Virus record (IMG/VR): IMGVR_UViG_3300033153_008400
Coordinates: 58,744 to 122,743 of that record
Length of the DNA stretch: 64,000 bases
Source: a virus
Reading direction: 5' to 3' (one strand)
Both the position numbers and the translations under genes were made by a program. How positions within the stretch are numbered: position 1 is the stretch's first letter; each line of letters begins with the position of its first letter. Below, piece after piece: positions 14,101-21,986 of the stretch. The notes below the pieces were generated by a model. That model was not told the DNA's origin, ran no database searches, and saw nothing but the letters and a program-made list of their open reading frames with translations.

Positions 14101-17100
14101 TAATAGAAACAGAATATTTGATCTTTTAAAATTATATGCAGGATCTAAAGCAAACATTGCTATGATTCCTTCTGAAAGAGGATTGGATACTATGATGGGT
14201 AAGAAAAGAGGAGAGTTATCTCTTCTTCAAAAGACTCAACAACAGTTTATTTTAAAAGAGTTTTTAAAATATTCTAAACAAGCAGACCATTTATTCCTAG
14301 TAACTCAAGGTACTAACTTTGATACAGCTACTTTAAATGATCCTTTCTTAATATTTAAAAAATCACGGTTATTTAAAATGGCTCAGAAGACTGTTATTTC
14401 TTCTGCTCAGAAAATTTTAGATACATCTTTCTTAGGTTATTTAAAAGATACTATGGATAAAATCAGAGGAGCATATTCTGTGATACTTCTGTCTGATAAA
14501 AATGACCCAAATAAAGCAATTACTCCTAGAAAAGTATTAGAACGAGTATTGTTACCATATATTAGAATGTCAGATAGAGAATTTGTAGGCCTGAGTCAAA
14601 AGGTTGTAGCAGATTTCTTTGATTGGGCAATGCAAACAGATAGAAGTATTAAAAGTAGTTTTAATTCTTTAATAGTTGAAATACTATTGGGAACTGATAC
14701 TGAAAGAAGTGCTGCTAAACAAATCATACAATTTAAAGAAGATATATTTGGTAGAGAGGCTGATGCAAATAAAGGCATATTAGCTATTGCTCCCAAGGAG
14801 AACCATCCTTTATATAATAATATGATTTTAAAATCTTTTGTATTAGTACCAGGTGCTAGAAAAAATGTTCCTGATAATCTTATTATTAAAGCTAAGGATA
14901 ACAAAGTATATGATCAGAACCAGACTATCAATAGTTTTGAAGAGATTAAGGATTATTTAAGTTCCTTAAAAGGTTCTAATAGTAAATATGCTGGGTTGTA
15001 TGAGAAGATGGTTAGATTAGCTGTAATACAATCAGGGCTTTCTACATCTCCTATATCTTTTTCTAAATTATTGCCTTATGAAGATTTTAAAGAAATATAT
15101 AATCATACATTACTTAATTTAGAAGCTAATCCTACTATAGAAAATTATGCTTCTCTTAATGTATTTGAAAGAAGTAATTGGAATAAAGGAAAATGGATAT
15201 CTACTATTACTAGAAAAGTAGATTATGATGAACATGATACACGTATTGTACGTACTGAAGATAATGTAGATTATAGACTTAGTTCTGCTGAAGATAAATT
15301 TGAGATACCTAAAGTAGTTTTTATTAGTGAAGGTAATCCAAATGCATCAGAAGTAATAGTATATAAATGGTCTATACCAATTACACAAGACGAGAGAATT
15401 AAAAGATCTAAAACAGGAAATACGAGTCATTTGAAATCTCAATTGATGAGAAAGGTATATTATGATAGAGGAGTTGAACCAATACCATTGATTCAAGTAC
15501 ATGATGAATTTAATCCTTACACAGGTAGAAATATTTCTTACAGAGGATTTGTATATGTAGCTATTAATGCTTGGGGAGACTCATTCAGAGGTAGAGAGTT
15601 TTATAATTCTGTTGATGGTACAAACGTTAAGGCTACTGTGCTAGATAATGGATTTGAAAAAGTAATAGAGGATCAAGATATAGTTGGAAATAAGATTTCC
15701 TCAGGAGAGGTAACTGATGAGAAAGTTATAGAAATATTAAGTCGTAAAATGTTAGTTGCTGGTAATAGAGTTACATCTGAGGACACTAAAATTACTCCGA
15801 GCAGTATCTATGAGACCTTAGGGGATAAAACAGCCTCCAGAAATGTAGTGATTGAAAATGTATTCCAAGCTACTGGTGTCAAGTTTGCTAAGTCTATTGG
15901 TGGTATATTTAGTATGAGACTTAAGGGTTCTGATAAACATTTCGGTAATCCATTCAGTTCTACTATAAAAGATAAGTCTTTAATAGCTACTAAGAGTACT
16001 AGAGAAAGTGTAGAAAGATATATTGATTGGATTATACGTGGAACTGATACTAGAGCGAAATGGATTAGAACACAACTTGAAACAGGAGATTTAAAAAGAA
16101 GACCTATTGTTTATTATAAGGAATTAGGAGAACCTTCTCATGCAACTGCATTAGATTATCTGATCAATCAAAAGGATTGGACTGAACCTAAGTTAACACG
16201 GGAAGAGAGTACAGAGCTTGAAGAGTTAAAAGCAAAACGCGAGACACTGGAAACCAACCCTGAATATATTGTATTAAACAGTATACCAAAGATAACTCCT
16301 GCATCTGCTAAAAAAGAGACAGGTGGTAAGGTAGGTATCAATCAGGACATCAATCCAAGCTGGTTATCTAAAGCTGGAGTAACTATTGAAAAGGCTGCAG
16401 AGAATATTTATGCTGATAATTTTTCAGAATCTAATGAATACTCTGAACAAGATATAAGAAACTATATAATAGGTGCATTATTAAAAAGTAAAGTAGAAGC
16501 CAAAAGAGAGATATTTGATGAAAAAAGATTAGATGAACTTTTAAACCCTGGTAATAAAGAGGATATATTATCTCAGACTGACGACATGAATGTTTCTGTA
16601 GCAACGTCCAATACCATTGAACGAATGAAAGCAGCGGCTGCATCCATGGGAATAAATTTGACCTCTCTTTTAAACTATGCTAAAGATAATCCTGATGTAG
16701 ATGTTACTAATGTTAATGGTATTGCCGATTTAACTCAAGGTATTATAGCCATTGCAGAAGGGAAAGAAGATGTAGCTATAACTGAGGAACTTATCCATAT
16801 CGGTAGTGCTATTGTAGAAGCAAATGATCCTAAAAGAATAACAGCATTGATCAGTAAGATTGCTGATTTTAAAATTTATAAAACAGTATTAGATGCCTAT
16901 AAAGGTAAGAAGGCTTATCAATTACCTAATGGTAAACCTGATATAAGGAAAATCAAGAAAGAAGCTATTGATAAATTAATGGCTGAAGTAGTTGTAAATG
17001 GTGCTAATGGTAGCACAGATTTTCCTGAACTCTCAGATCTGACTGTTGTAGGAAGAATCAAAGAGATGTGGAATAGTCTCTTGAGATATATACGTGGAGT

Positions 17101-20100
17101 ATATAGAGTATCAACAATAGATATTTTCAAAGAGACAGGTGAAATGATAGTAGAAGGTAACATTGGCACCGTAGATGACATTGTCTCCACAGGGGTATTT
17201 TCGCAAATGGCTACTGAAAACCAACCATTAAATGATTTATATAAAAGGCTCTTAGAAGAAGACAATCGATTAACATTATATGAGGAGAATGAGATACCAG
17301 GAAAGAAAAGACATTATACTTATGTTGATCCTATTACTGGAGAAACTGTAGATGTAGATTTTAGTGTTACTGAGGATATCAAACTTCAAAAAGAAAAAAC
17401 AGGAAAAACATTTGCTCCTAGATCTCCACAGAATAAAATGATTGATGCGTTCAAGATGAAATGGGGTAATTCAGGTCATAAATATTTAGAGGCTTGGTTA
17501 AAGATCAATTTAATAGATAAGGAAACAGGCTTTGCTAAGTCTATTCCTGGTACTGATCCAGTAGATAATTTTGGTTTAGAAGATGAAGTAACCCAAGAAT
17601 TAGAAAATTTTATTAAACAATTAGTAGATTCTTATCCTAAAGGAACTAAGTTCTTAGCAGAACCTATGGTAATTAATAAACAAAATCGTAATAGAACATT
17701 AGCATCTGCTATTGATTTTGTAGCATTAATTCCTGTTGAAAGGAACAATAAACCTGATGTTAAGATAGAAATGCTGGATTGGAAGTTTACTACAATACTT
17801 GAGTCGGACAAAGTTCCTGATATACCTTGGTACAGTCAAAGTACTTGGAAATCTCAAATGGGTGAGTATACTAAGATGTTGAGAGGTTATGGTATGAAAA
17901 ATTATCAATTACAAAAGGCTAGGATGATTCCTTTTATAATGACATATGGTGAAGATATTCCTGGTAGCCCATGGAGAGGACTATATGCTTCTCAAGTAGA
18001 GATAGGTGATGTAAATAGTTTGAAAGAAACTAATATTTACTTATTGCCTGTTCCTGTTAATATAGAGCCAACAGGTATAGCTGTTGTAGATAAATTACTA
18101 TTTGAATTAAATGCATATTATCAAAGAAATTATGCATATGATGGTAAGTTAAATGCTGATGAGCAAAAGGAAAAAGAAAAAAAATTAAATAATTTAAAAG
18201 TAGCTATTAGGAGATTGCATGTAGCTAGAGATTTTAAACCACTTGTAGGTGTAGCACAAAATTTTGTGAAAGCTGCTCAAACAGTTTTTGATAAGTTTGA
18301 TGTAATGGATTATGCAACTGAAGATCCTAAAGTAATTTCAACTTTATTACATGAATTATCTACATTGAAAAGAGACTCTTTTAGATTTGAAGGAATAAAC
18401 AGAATATTTTTAGAAACTTATAAAGATAAAGAATTTGATAAAGAAGAAAATAAAATCCTACAAGATTTAGGAGATGTTTCTGTAGAAATAGAGAAAATGC
18501 TAGTCAAAATTGTTGAACATCAGAATGAACGTGCTAAATATATCAATTTAAATTTATCATATACTACTGAAGAAGAAGGAGATAGTATTTTAACTCCATC
18601 AAGAGAGTTAAAAAGAATGGCAAAATTATTTAAGGAAGGTAGTAAACTTTCTAATAAACGTGCAAATGCTATAGCTGCTATAGTGCTTCAGGGAAAAAAT
18701 GAAGTAGAGTTGAGATTTAATAAAGAGATGTTTAAGTTTAACAGAATCTTTAAAAAATTATATGCTCAGGCAAATAGCAGAGGAGTGTCTTCGTTCAGTT
18801 TGATAGGTAAGATTGGTAAAGCAGGTGATACAAAAGAAGGTGCTGAAGATACTTTACAAATATATGATAAAGTTAAACCTAACTTTATGAAAGATCTTCA
18901 ACGGGCTAGAACAGATAGGGATAAAACTTTTATTACGACACACATTGATATGAAAGCGCATAATAAATATATCAATGCTGAAATGAAGAAACAAGAAGCA
19001 GAATTGAATGCTCATGTATTCAATCCAAATGATGAAGCAGATAATGATATATCTAAAACTGTGGCAATAGATAAAATGAGAAATTCATTAGATATCTACA
19101 GGACTACTTTTAATGGATGGAATTCTCATCATTTTTTAGAGTCAATGTTTGCTAATGTAAAAGAAAATGATCCTGAATATCAAACTCAGGAATATAAGGA
19201 TATGGCTAAGAACCAAGTTGCTTTAGATGCTTGGAATTATGTCAGAGAATGGGGTGACAGAGCTAAAGTTAATGGACATATTCCTCAATGGAAAGATGCA
19301 TTTTTCCCATTAATTGAGGCTGATTCTATGGCAAAGTTTATGCAGAGTAAGAAAGGAACCATAGCCAATATTAAGGAATATTTCTTAGATGCTATAACAG
19401 GTAGAATAGATGAAAGTAAAGGATATACTAATATTGATCCTGAAACAGGAGAAGCTAGAGAAAGTATTCCAGTATATTTTACAAGATCTAACAAAGATGT
19501 AGAATATATGACCCAGGATATTAGTAAAGCTGTTCCTATGTGGGTTCATTCTATCTTGGATTTTGAAGCTAGTTTAGCAATGGAAGCTGATCTTAATCTA
19601 ATGGTAGATGTAGAAGAAAATATAGGTGTGTTTATTGTAGATGCCAGAAGAAAAATTCAGAGAGTAGCTGGAGAACCACAAGTTACTAAGAGTAAGAATG
19701 CAAATATTGCTGTATTAAGAGGACAGGTAAGTGATGCTATTTATGGTCAAAGAGAAGATGTAGATGAATTAGGTAATGTAGAAATTACTGCTTTAGCTGC
19801 AAGACTTACTAAAATATTTGGTGGATCGGAAGAACAGATGGATCAAATAGCTACTGAGATCAGAATTAAAAAGATTTTAGAAGGAGCTAATAATTGGGTA
19901 AGGAATTTAGGTGTAGGTTTAAAACCTGCTATTGCTATAGCAAATGCAGCAGGACAAACAATGTTATCCTATATATACAAAAGTGGTGTTTACAGAGGTA
20001 GAGAATATGCAAAGAATACTACTAAGGTAATGTCCAATAATCTTTCTACTAAGGAAAGAGGGCTCTTGCATTTTATATCTGCTTTCTCTGAAAATAATCT

Positions 20101-21292
20101 TATATTACAAAGACGTTTAGCTAAGAATGGTTTTATGTCATATCTGAATACATGGTCTATGACAGATATCATACAATCTACTAACTCATATCCTGAAATA
20201 ATACTTCAGAGAATAAATGGTTTGAGTATGATGGAGAATACGATTGTTGTTGATGGTAAATTATTAAATGTTCGAGAGGTAGTATTAGCAGAAGACAGAG
20301 CAACAAAAGAAAAAGGTATTTCACAAGCGGCCCGTCGTGCATTAAATGATTCTTATGAAGATAGAGTAGCTGCACGTAAAGTTAGTGAAACACAATTAAT
20401 AGAAGTAGTAGAAGTAAGTGAAAAGGGTGTAGAATTTCCTGGAGTATCTATAGAAGAACTCGCTAAATTAAGAGTGAGAATAATGGAATATTCAAGAAAG
20501 TTGAATGGACAGATGGATGAAAATGATAAAGCTGCTTATAGAAGAAGTATTATCATGAATAGTTTTATGATGTTCAAACATTGGGTTCCTAAGTTACTTG
20601 AAGGCAGATTTCATGGGATTCATAAAAATTTACAATCTGATAATTGGGAATATGGTAGATCAAGATTGATGGCTAAAACGTTGCTTAAATTAGCAAGTAC
20701 CAGTATTTTAAAAATGTCTGATTTAATACATCAAACAGATGAAGGGAAGAAGATAATGGATCAAATGCTGGAAGAAAAAATGATTGCTCATTTTGATAAA
20801 ACTGGACAAGTTTTACAGATTACGAGAGAAGAATGGTATGATTTAATGAGGCAAGAGTTATCTCGACAAATGAGAGAACTTCAGATGGTATTAATGGTAT
20901 TTACAATATTGATGAGTATAAAGGCTGCAGAGCCACCAGAAAATATTAGTGCTGGAGATAGAAGTAGATTTAATTATTTATTAAGAGTACTTAATAAAGT
21001 AACAGATGAGATATTATTCTTCTATAATCCAACATCATTTGAAGGTATGACTACTGGTAGTATAATGCCTGCAGTAACACTATTATCAAAGGCAGGGAAA
21101 ATATTGAATGCAATTAGAAAAGCAACAGTTGCTGAAACTGAAAAAGAAAGGGAGAATGCGAATGTTGCTAAACATATTTTGAATATAGTACCAATAGGAT
21201 ATCAAGTATCAAAAACATTCATACCATTAATAGATGCTGAATTGGCTAAAGATATGGGTAATAGAATTTCACCAGAAACAAATAGAAGATAA
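2075..21292 (+). CDS. Giant virion polyprotein (6405 aa) containing a crAss-type virion RNA polymerase plus zincin, DUF4326-like and PD-(D/E)xK domains
   Basis: RNAP motifs QETDGAG (~11460), AFRTPTQ...GSDYDIDKL (DYDID 12983-12997; phi14:2 gp66 has DFDID) and DGYVD (~13915). HEVFH...EEIAE at ~8627-8800, FGNPF at ~15941, IDF...DWK...SQMGEY at ~17710-17870. Confidence 0.9.
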   Translation: MSNGKPNTITGSKSRRGENFINRKATVPNLPSTPTLPIVEPYNTGAPGVMTARDIWNQRLATGSYNKIAPLNTKEIYSGPRYNETIPGTDYEEMHAQQQSNWGKWSNATAKMIGTASTTFVTGTAGLLYGMGSALINLKLSNVVDNSVTRAMDDISRGMDDSLPNYYTQKETEAKWWSPDNIMTANFWSDKVLKNLGFSVGSMAGGMAWGALFRSIGMTNQLVRWGKGNDLATAVEKRLAVAPASARYPAFQSALNKTWTTAKMPMAAVAKNSDRILTSIMATAGEATIEGLQAMHTLRESLLDEFKLSHGRMPSGLELNAINETVQTAGLYIYGMNGLILTATNYIQLGKIIGSSRKADKALINSIRRNADTRLWEAALPKTIAGKVLGVAKHIGRLSFAPVEALEEGLQHAATTGVEDYFSRAYKNKNETNDLLRAVDDNMLNVYSNVYLHGLHETLNTKEGLESMLIGALSGGLQQMGLFGSYRDEKGKIKYGVGKSGEIGEYGLFGRGGTRGINTKRAVEELNLKQVEDVIKDGVNYMGVGIGSQKLRQQAIENDDILAEKDAEEDYALSYLMPRIKYGKLESVIEELTNYKTQAMSTTGYSELVTAGLANQNETADEFIQRIDNLLESANKTDKMYSLLNDRYENARSEDGTIAYTPEVIDKMVYAAAKIENYDKRIEEVQTALLSSGVDLTLIDEIIKNKDAIPTDAQWEEVSKTADNVKITEQETFSTNLLDYGELLLRRKKFAQEYETIKDAPYNYRAVVGALPPEESEEIKSTKENSITVPVTTGGEKTYNIDDTYYLGNVLADQIVSGADLSAPQMKILSMNEDGTIKIMTQNGKELDITAGELEQLKLGSVNKALKDNKKGEFYFDNWNTPFTFNFGDNGGFKKGRIIYNENDDKMHFVYVDASGNTRDIEVTNDQFGPKGENEAQIQREEGVNDFQGGVEARFLAAKDERKDKKHEDRLKVLGEFAEEMMVRQAELTKVINKRQENVARTKKILGLLQEDLLKNKDKRTKDAYTIAGQKILTNIKRTEKDLEALEKVERESSEELNDITATLVYVEDLIENIDTRATDYVNFIAEIKVDKVNLEELHKEVTTGIKDLKTLIQEVKDFIQTSKDVLNDLLLQLSGAFPNISSEGVFLDDIVTVEDYFTDLAPLIGGTESEESLAFAGVTLTGIQPKKAQLTKMEKELSNAKKALDKYDDGIIARGKVLAKFGERLIEWERAKEEEAILGTSSEISSDILDSQSKSSFENDHYKEGFEYKKLKAKNLVVTGGIAPEGSDGKPVGVYAKRAQAFGNIFHRLVQNGKEFRGRVVTIANEKHIMKGLTKHLAQPGTDPRFTIVLVVTNKKGVPVDEKGIPITDESKLLDEGIYQTFPDPKLRNSYGSLFRADVKFKERERITKIYEKWVEKTLGQSKLQPLQDISASFGLVDYIQKTDSKGKILPEATSMARSSINASGLITNIELGSGDVIKVATNNDTLTRGTVEISAPLGHVFLEAPGGYVKLYNQKNSEKQSELIYNVLLQVTKNILRDKHGKEADTQRLFEWLRSVVYWGQPMNFQTGERKEPSDGSVYYEVIGQGEGVASERKLRIGKTSRFDFTPTSLKDNKDAIIALLQNVWGNTHAPGVAKDMYDVAYHEITAVNKDGTTEGITWNSYQQFLLADIYPDGSPRNLDSIPLKTKVRPLVGKEDTNRHAIYFYLEDSSEYMQDAPVESIVKKTVPGKKEVSTPKYIFDGVVENIINLGTLGEAKVTLNLDEAVQEFHRREGKVFSSLEETQQFTFALLSKHIITIGLGTDVEANLVEAGGATDSSAQSNAQMLVVEMLSSQITEAANRTAAKSEPVPTLKSSITSVEDLIQDINDAFIYINSGKYKGDRKNEMTSVGDKLVKIFLTGLRKEGLVKAGTRRAPRADGSYDTMTINEDLKGKNIGNDWSAAKHFKEKLRTFFDTEIAELKSSTKITETTVRTEDKKWKLDGSPEVMTVGESKVTFTLKDQAVIDALRDDSEILEDEIKRLKLITGLIRGGHLVITPTQAALDNGEKLLGSTDALITMLANTILQEVAPQIKKNWFLADTDKGSENYSDAEWEEIQARFNPEGETSSRTEEDDYTRIIAERHLEPFKETNWEKEAEWMKKNFPLIPINVLKNVIQATNGRQAWGLYRQGAVYIYKHAEAGTIYHEVFHAVWDMSLSLREKRQIAEEFRNRKGSYTDRFTFKVIKYSEATDYQMGEEIAEEFRDRVLYGKKPTRKPRSLMRRAFEGIINFFNDLLFGKDAFTNTNKLFDKMGNGDYAAFIPHEDVLRKAGESQILHIEGITVRKGDQLRPLITRLEGINAVQEHEIYQHMTFVAVNKMFATDDGLFAMKDRLKITNLYQDLKRNLLGENGIINRKQIDYSQITIKNPKQQEQVTKKIKDLDDLKIAINENWDVIKKRHMDSLAPYEITFDEEENLIVEDETIVKADSMDGNKIDSYRKSSGAIKLLFATLADFEKVPGENRTRLKTSSIGGATFEQSDKIYITLKNNLHDSTGLNDMLERLKELANNEETGYHYAKLYTRITKQDISDTNKNTVNIDKMSNSAIMLLGGFWKVIKGQNPDVPIIFILQGGEVVIGNTELSNASKQIRYEMSQNIIAHIREDAEGNEKLYKINSLGLYNPTTALKNVKLNSSKPAEYIRFLQAFGINFKLKEFNKFLPDQKATFREATEGLLSDLSTRKDIYSWSEKAINSTQNLLKLGALRAVMDNPVFESTYFSIAGERTQKFIGPNATSDLFHTLSQITNKQDLRSTRYSHLLDDVFTQGSVVMQKLFNGNERKRNTKDIFKTVYVGGTINEENNRRTRSSRLYYRDRLIQEMSLNLEGIYANLVPGDSELEWAIKMHSKKSPFITPSSVSRKEYQKIFRDYFIDEVNLSRDNRIVAKGRSARDLRFFKDILDAYNSKAHATILDYSHKISAEEIYEEHKSGIKAAVEAFITNDAEETMTLLKDYKIIQKIPGEAEIYKHTLSLKDKELSFTEMELQIKSLTVNYMIANIEQHKILYSDPYQYSDELKRIKNFNSPRQALMHSSKDLYKAINKVYNKGYKAEDLGYSNMDRSSFRTVTLQDIWSIIDPKLAKQYPGYTDYKNKEGWQETDGAGMITMKAYRFFRILAGDWLPNNEAQYRWDIQYQEKVMEINDATGTEKSRLNEKFRAFKAARKVHDQSTYTPIKPIVSGNKGNGRNYNDSVLDKYALFPMPFRVFHMMEPNSNILEFTEKMRREKIDYAIYETGRKVGVEETYPVYVKGALNTAPFQPQEEIDRVAENNPEDRVKRFVTNIPFSIMSLQTEVPSKKDGKVIQGSQITKLVTLDFMNGGVPIDFNPVDKDGNSIVTEDKDGKDTTDYDALSVAWVELETEAAKKEASLLYKEIQHNKRLLQERIQLGYENLLRKLGIIEDEDEDGNKTYTVFDKEKLIGTIEKEIFKQQKNNNLVVAFQEVREGKALIEATPVYQQIRNVLYSLANGNVVRPKISGGSKIQMPSTLFEVGARIEKFVHDGKTYLHSDVLNFYEEGKVAEIFVARWDNSPLSDEQLLNSWYKLDENDNRTSELTKEGERALKGIAFRTPTQKQNSIESYVIKKFLPRSYGDSVVIPSAIVRKTGSDYDIDKLSVYLKNLIWDGKRLFSVPFQGFQSELDAKREFKKIFHRLMENRISKVEGKKAKVISLKAMFTKIANGTAEFEEFEEFTPIISTLLENNNISLKDTEAINEYFDQRLGNGIARINTLTVKQFEEDAAQKFADKLYSQSIENEYIESLQRLVMHPKNYHNLIKPNSAQIMRDLTDHINEKFRRTKIDYHSAGFMLSRKKMSGLRQAFVGGKRAIGIAAVGATNNSNNQLADTYTDTNLIGTNIISDEDEFWLNGMKITKIADDTDADVKFLEYNKKMVDGRPMASLSRAKNSAGEYISDIIGMFIDGYVDISAGPWIMQMGATPETAGTWLYLLKIGVPKETVAYFMNQPIITELLFDLEIEGKSWLYNRNRIFDLLKLYAGSKANIAMIPSERGLDTMMGKKRGELSLLQKTQQQFILKEFLKYSKQADHLFLVTQGTNFDTATLNDPFLIFKKSRLFKMAQKTVISSAQKILDTSFLGYLKDTMDKIRGAYSVILLSDKNDPNKAITPRKVLERVLLPYIRMSDREFVGLSQKVVADFFDWAMQTDRSIKSSFNSLIVEILLGTDTERSAAKQIIQFKEDIFGREADANKGILAIAPKENHPLYNNMILKSFVLVPGARKNVPDNLIIKAKDNKVYDQNQTINSFEEIKDYLSSLKGSNSKYAGLYEKMVRLAVIQSGLSTSPISFSKLLPYEDFKEIYNHTLLNLEANPTIENYASLNVFERSNWNKGKWISTITRKVDYDEHDTRIVRTEDNVDYRLSSAEDKFEIPKVVFISEGNPNASEVIVYKWSIPITQDERIKRSKTGNTSHLKSQLMRKVYYDRGVEPIPLIQVHDEFNPYTGRNISYRGFVYVAINAWGDSFRGREFYNSVDGTNVKATVLDNGFEKVIEDQDIVGNKISSGEVTDEKVIEILSRKMLVAGNRVTSEDTKITPSSIYETLGDKTASRNVVIENVFQATGVKFAKSIGGIFSMRLKGSDKHFGNPFSSTIKDKSLIATKSTRESVERYIDWIIRGTDTRAKWIRTQLETGDLKRRPIVYYKELGEPSHATALDYLINQKDWTEPKLTREESTELEELKAKRETLETNPEYIVLNSIPKITPASAKKETGGKVGINQDINPSWLSKAGVTIEKAAENIYADNFSESNEYSEQDIRNYIIGALLKSKVEAKREIFDEKRLDELLNPGNKEDILSQTDDMNVSVATSNTIERMKAAAASMGINLTSLLNYAKDNPDVDVTNVNGIADLTQGIIAIAEGKEDVAITEELIHIGSAIVEANDPKRITALISKIADFKIYKTVLDAYKGKKAYQLPNGKPDIRKIKKEAIDKLMAEVVVNGANGSTDFPELSDLTVVGRIKEMWNSLLRYIRGVYRVSTIDIFKETGEMIVEGNIGTVDDIVSTGVFSQMATENQPLNDLYKRLLEEDNRLTLYEENEIPGKKRHYTYVDPITGETVDVDFSVTEDIKLQKEKTGKTFAPRSPQNKMIDAFKMKWGNSGHKYLEAWLKINLIDKETGFAKSIPGTDPVDNFGLEDEVTQELENFIKQLVDSYPKGTKFLAEPMVINKQNRNRTLASAIDFVALIPVERNNKPDVKIEMLDWKFTTILESDKVPDIPWYSQSTWKSQMGEYTKMLRGYGMKNYQLQKARMIPFIMTYGEDIPGSPWRGLYASQVEIGDVNSLKETNIYLLPVPVNIEPTGIAVVDKLLFELNAYYQRNYAYDGKLNADEQKEKEKKLNNLKVAIRRLHVARDFKPLVGVAQNFVKAAQTVFDKFDVMDYATEDPKVISTLLHELSTLKRDSFRFEGINRIFLETYKDKEFDKEENKILQDLGDVSVEIEKMLVKIVEHQNERAKYINLNLSYTTEEEGDSILTPSRELKRMAKLFKEGSKLSNKRANAIAAIVLQGKNEVELRFNKEMFKFNRIFKKLYAQANSRGVSSFSLIGKIGKAGDTKEGAEDTLQIYDKVKPNFMKDLQRARTDRDKTFITTHIDMKAHNKYINAEMKKQEAELNAHVFNPNDEADNDISKTVAIDKMRNSLDIYRTTFNGWNSHHFLESMFANVKENDPEYQTQEYKDMAKNQVALDAWNYVREWGDRAKVNGHIPQWKDAFFPLIEADSMAKFMQSKKGTIANIKEYFLDAITGRIDESKGYTNIDPETGEARESIPVYFTRSNKDVEYMTQDISKAVPMWVHSILDFEASLAMEADLNLMVDVEENIGVFIVDARRKIQRVAGEPQVTKSKNANIAVLRGQVSDAIYGQREDVDELGNVEITALAARLTKIFGGSEEQMDQIATEIRIKKILEGANNWVRNLGVGLKPAIAIANAAGQTMLSYIYKSGVYRGREYAKNTTKVMSNNLSTKERGLLHFISAFSENNLILQRRLAKNGFMSYLNTWSMTDIIQSTNSYPEIILQRINGLSMMENTIVVDGKLLNVREVVLAEDRATKEKGISQAARRALNDSYEDRVAARKVSETQLIEVVEVSEKGVEFPGVSIEELAKLRVRIMEYSRKLNGQMDENDKAAYRRSIIMNSFMMFKHWVPKLLEGRFHGIHKNLQSDNWEYGRSRLMAKTLLKLASTSILKMSDLIHQTDEGKKIMDQMLEEKMIAHFDKTGQVLQITREEWYDLMRQELSRQMRELQMVLMVFTILMSIKAAEPPENISAGDRSRFNYLLRVLNKVTDEILFFYNPTSFEGMTTGSIMPAVTLLSKAGKILNAIRKATVAETEKERENANVAKHILNIVPIGYQVSKTFIPLIDAELAKDMGNRISPETNRR

Positions 21293-21321
21293 AAATTATT
21301 TGTAACTTACACATTGGAAAC

Positions 21322-21377
21322 TAAATACCTTATTTTAGCCTTATCAGATGAAGGATAATGCTATAATAGGGTGTTTT
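21322..21377 (+). terminator. Long imperfect hairpin after the giant gene
   Basis: aaataccttattttagccttatc pairs with gataatgctataatagggtgttt, followed by a T-rich tract. Confidence 0.5.
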
Positions 21378-21414
21378 ATTTATAAGAAAAAAAGAATTAA
21401 TATTATATAAAGAT

Positions 21415-21981
21415 ATGAGTTATACACCACCACCACATTATCTTTTTGGAGTTACTTATGTAGAGCAAGGGACTGTGACAGAGACTACTACTGTGGTAAC
21501 AACTTGCCCCTTAGGAGTAACCTTCCCTGATGCAGGTGTTATAATAGAACCATCTACCCCAACACCTTTATATCTTATAGGGCCTACAACAGCCTATATA
21601 GGAGTTTCGGTGGAAAGTAGCAATTGTGAAGCAGCACCAGTACCGTTGCCACCAGAGGCATGTCCAGTAATATTAAGTACGAATTGTGTATTTTATGGTG
21701 GAAGTACATTGCCTAATACAAATATACAAGCACATGATTCTCTTACAGAGATATTAGAAAAGATAGACATTGTAATAACTGGAGGTGATAAAACTTTTGT
21801 ATTTACACAAGGATTGGTCTCAGCTATATGGACTATATTTCATGATATGGATAAATTTCCTTCAGTAGATGTACAAGATAATGGAGGAACTTGGCAAATA
21901 GGACAAGTAGATCATATAGATAATAAGAATTTAACAATAACATATTCATCAGGCTTCGCAGGAAAAGCCTATTTAAACTAA
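21415..21981 (+). CDS. Putative structural/tail-associated protein
   Basis: Pro/Thr/Cys-rich N-terminus; C-terminal FTQ..SAIWTIFH....PSVDV small beta domain typical of tail accessory proteins. Confidence 0.5.
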   Translation: MSYTPPPHYLFGVTYVEQGTVTETTTVVTTCPLGVTFPDAGVIIEPSTPTPLYLIGPTTAYIGVSVESSNCEAAPVPLPPEACPVILSTNCVFYGGSTLPNTNIQAHDSLTEILEKIDIVITGGDKTFVFTQGLVSAIWTIFHDMDKFPSVDVQDNGGTWQIGQVDHIDNKNLTITYSSGFAGKAYLN

Positions 21982-21986
21982 ATATT

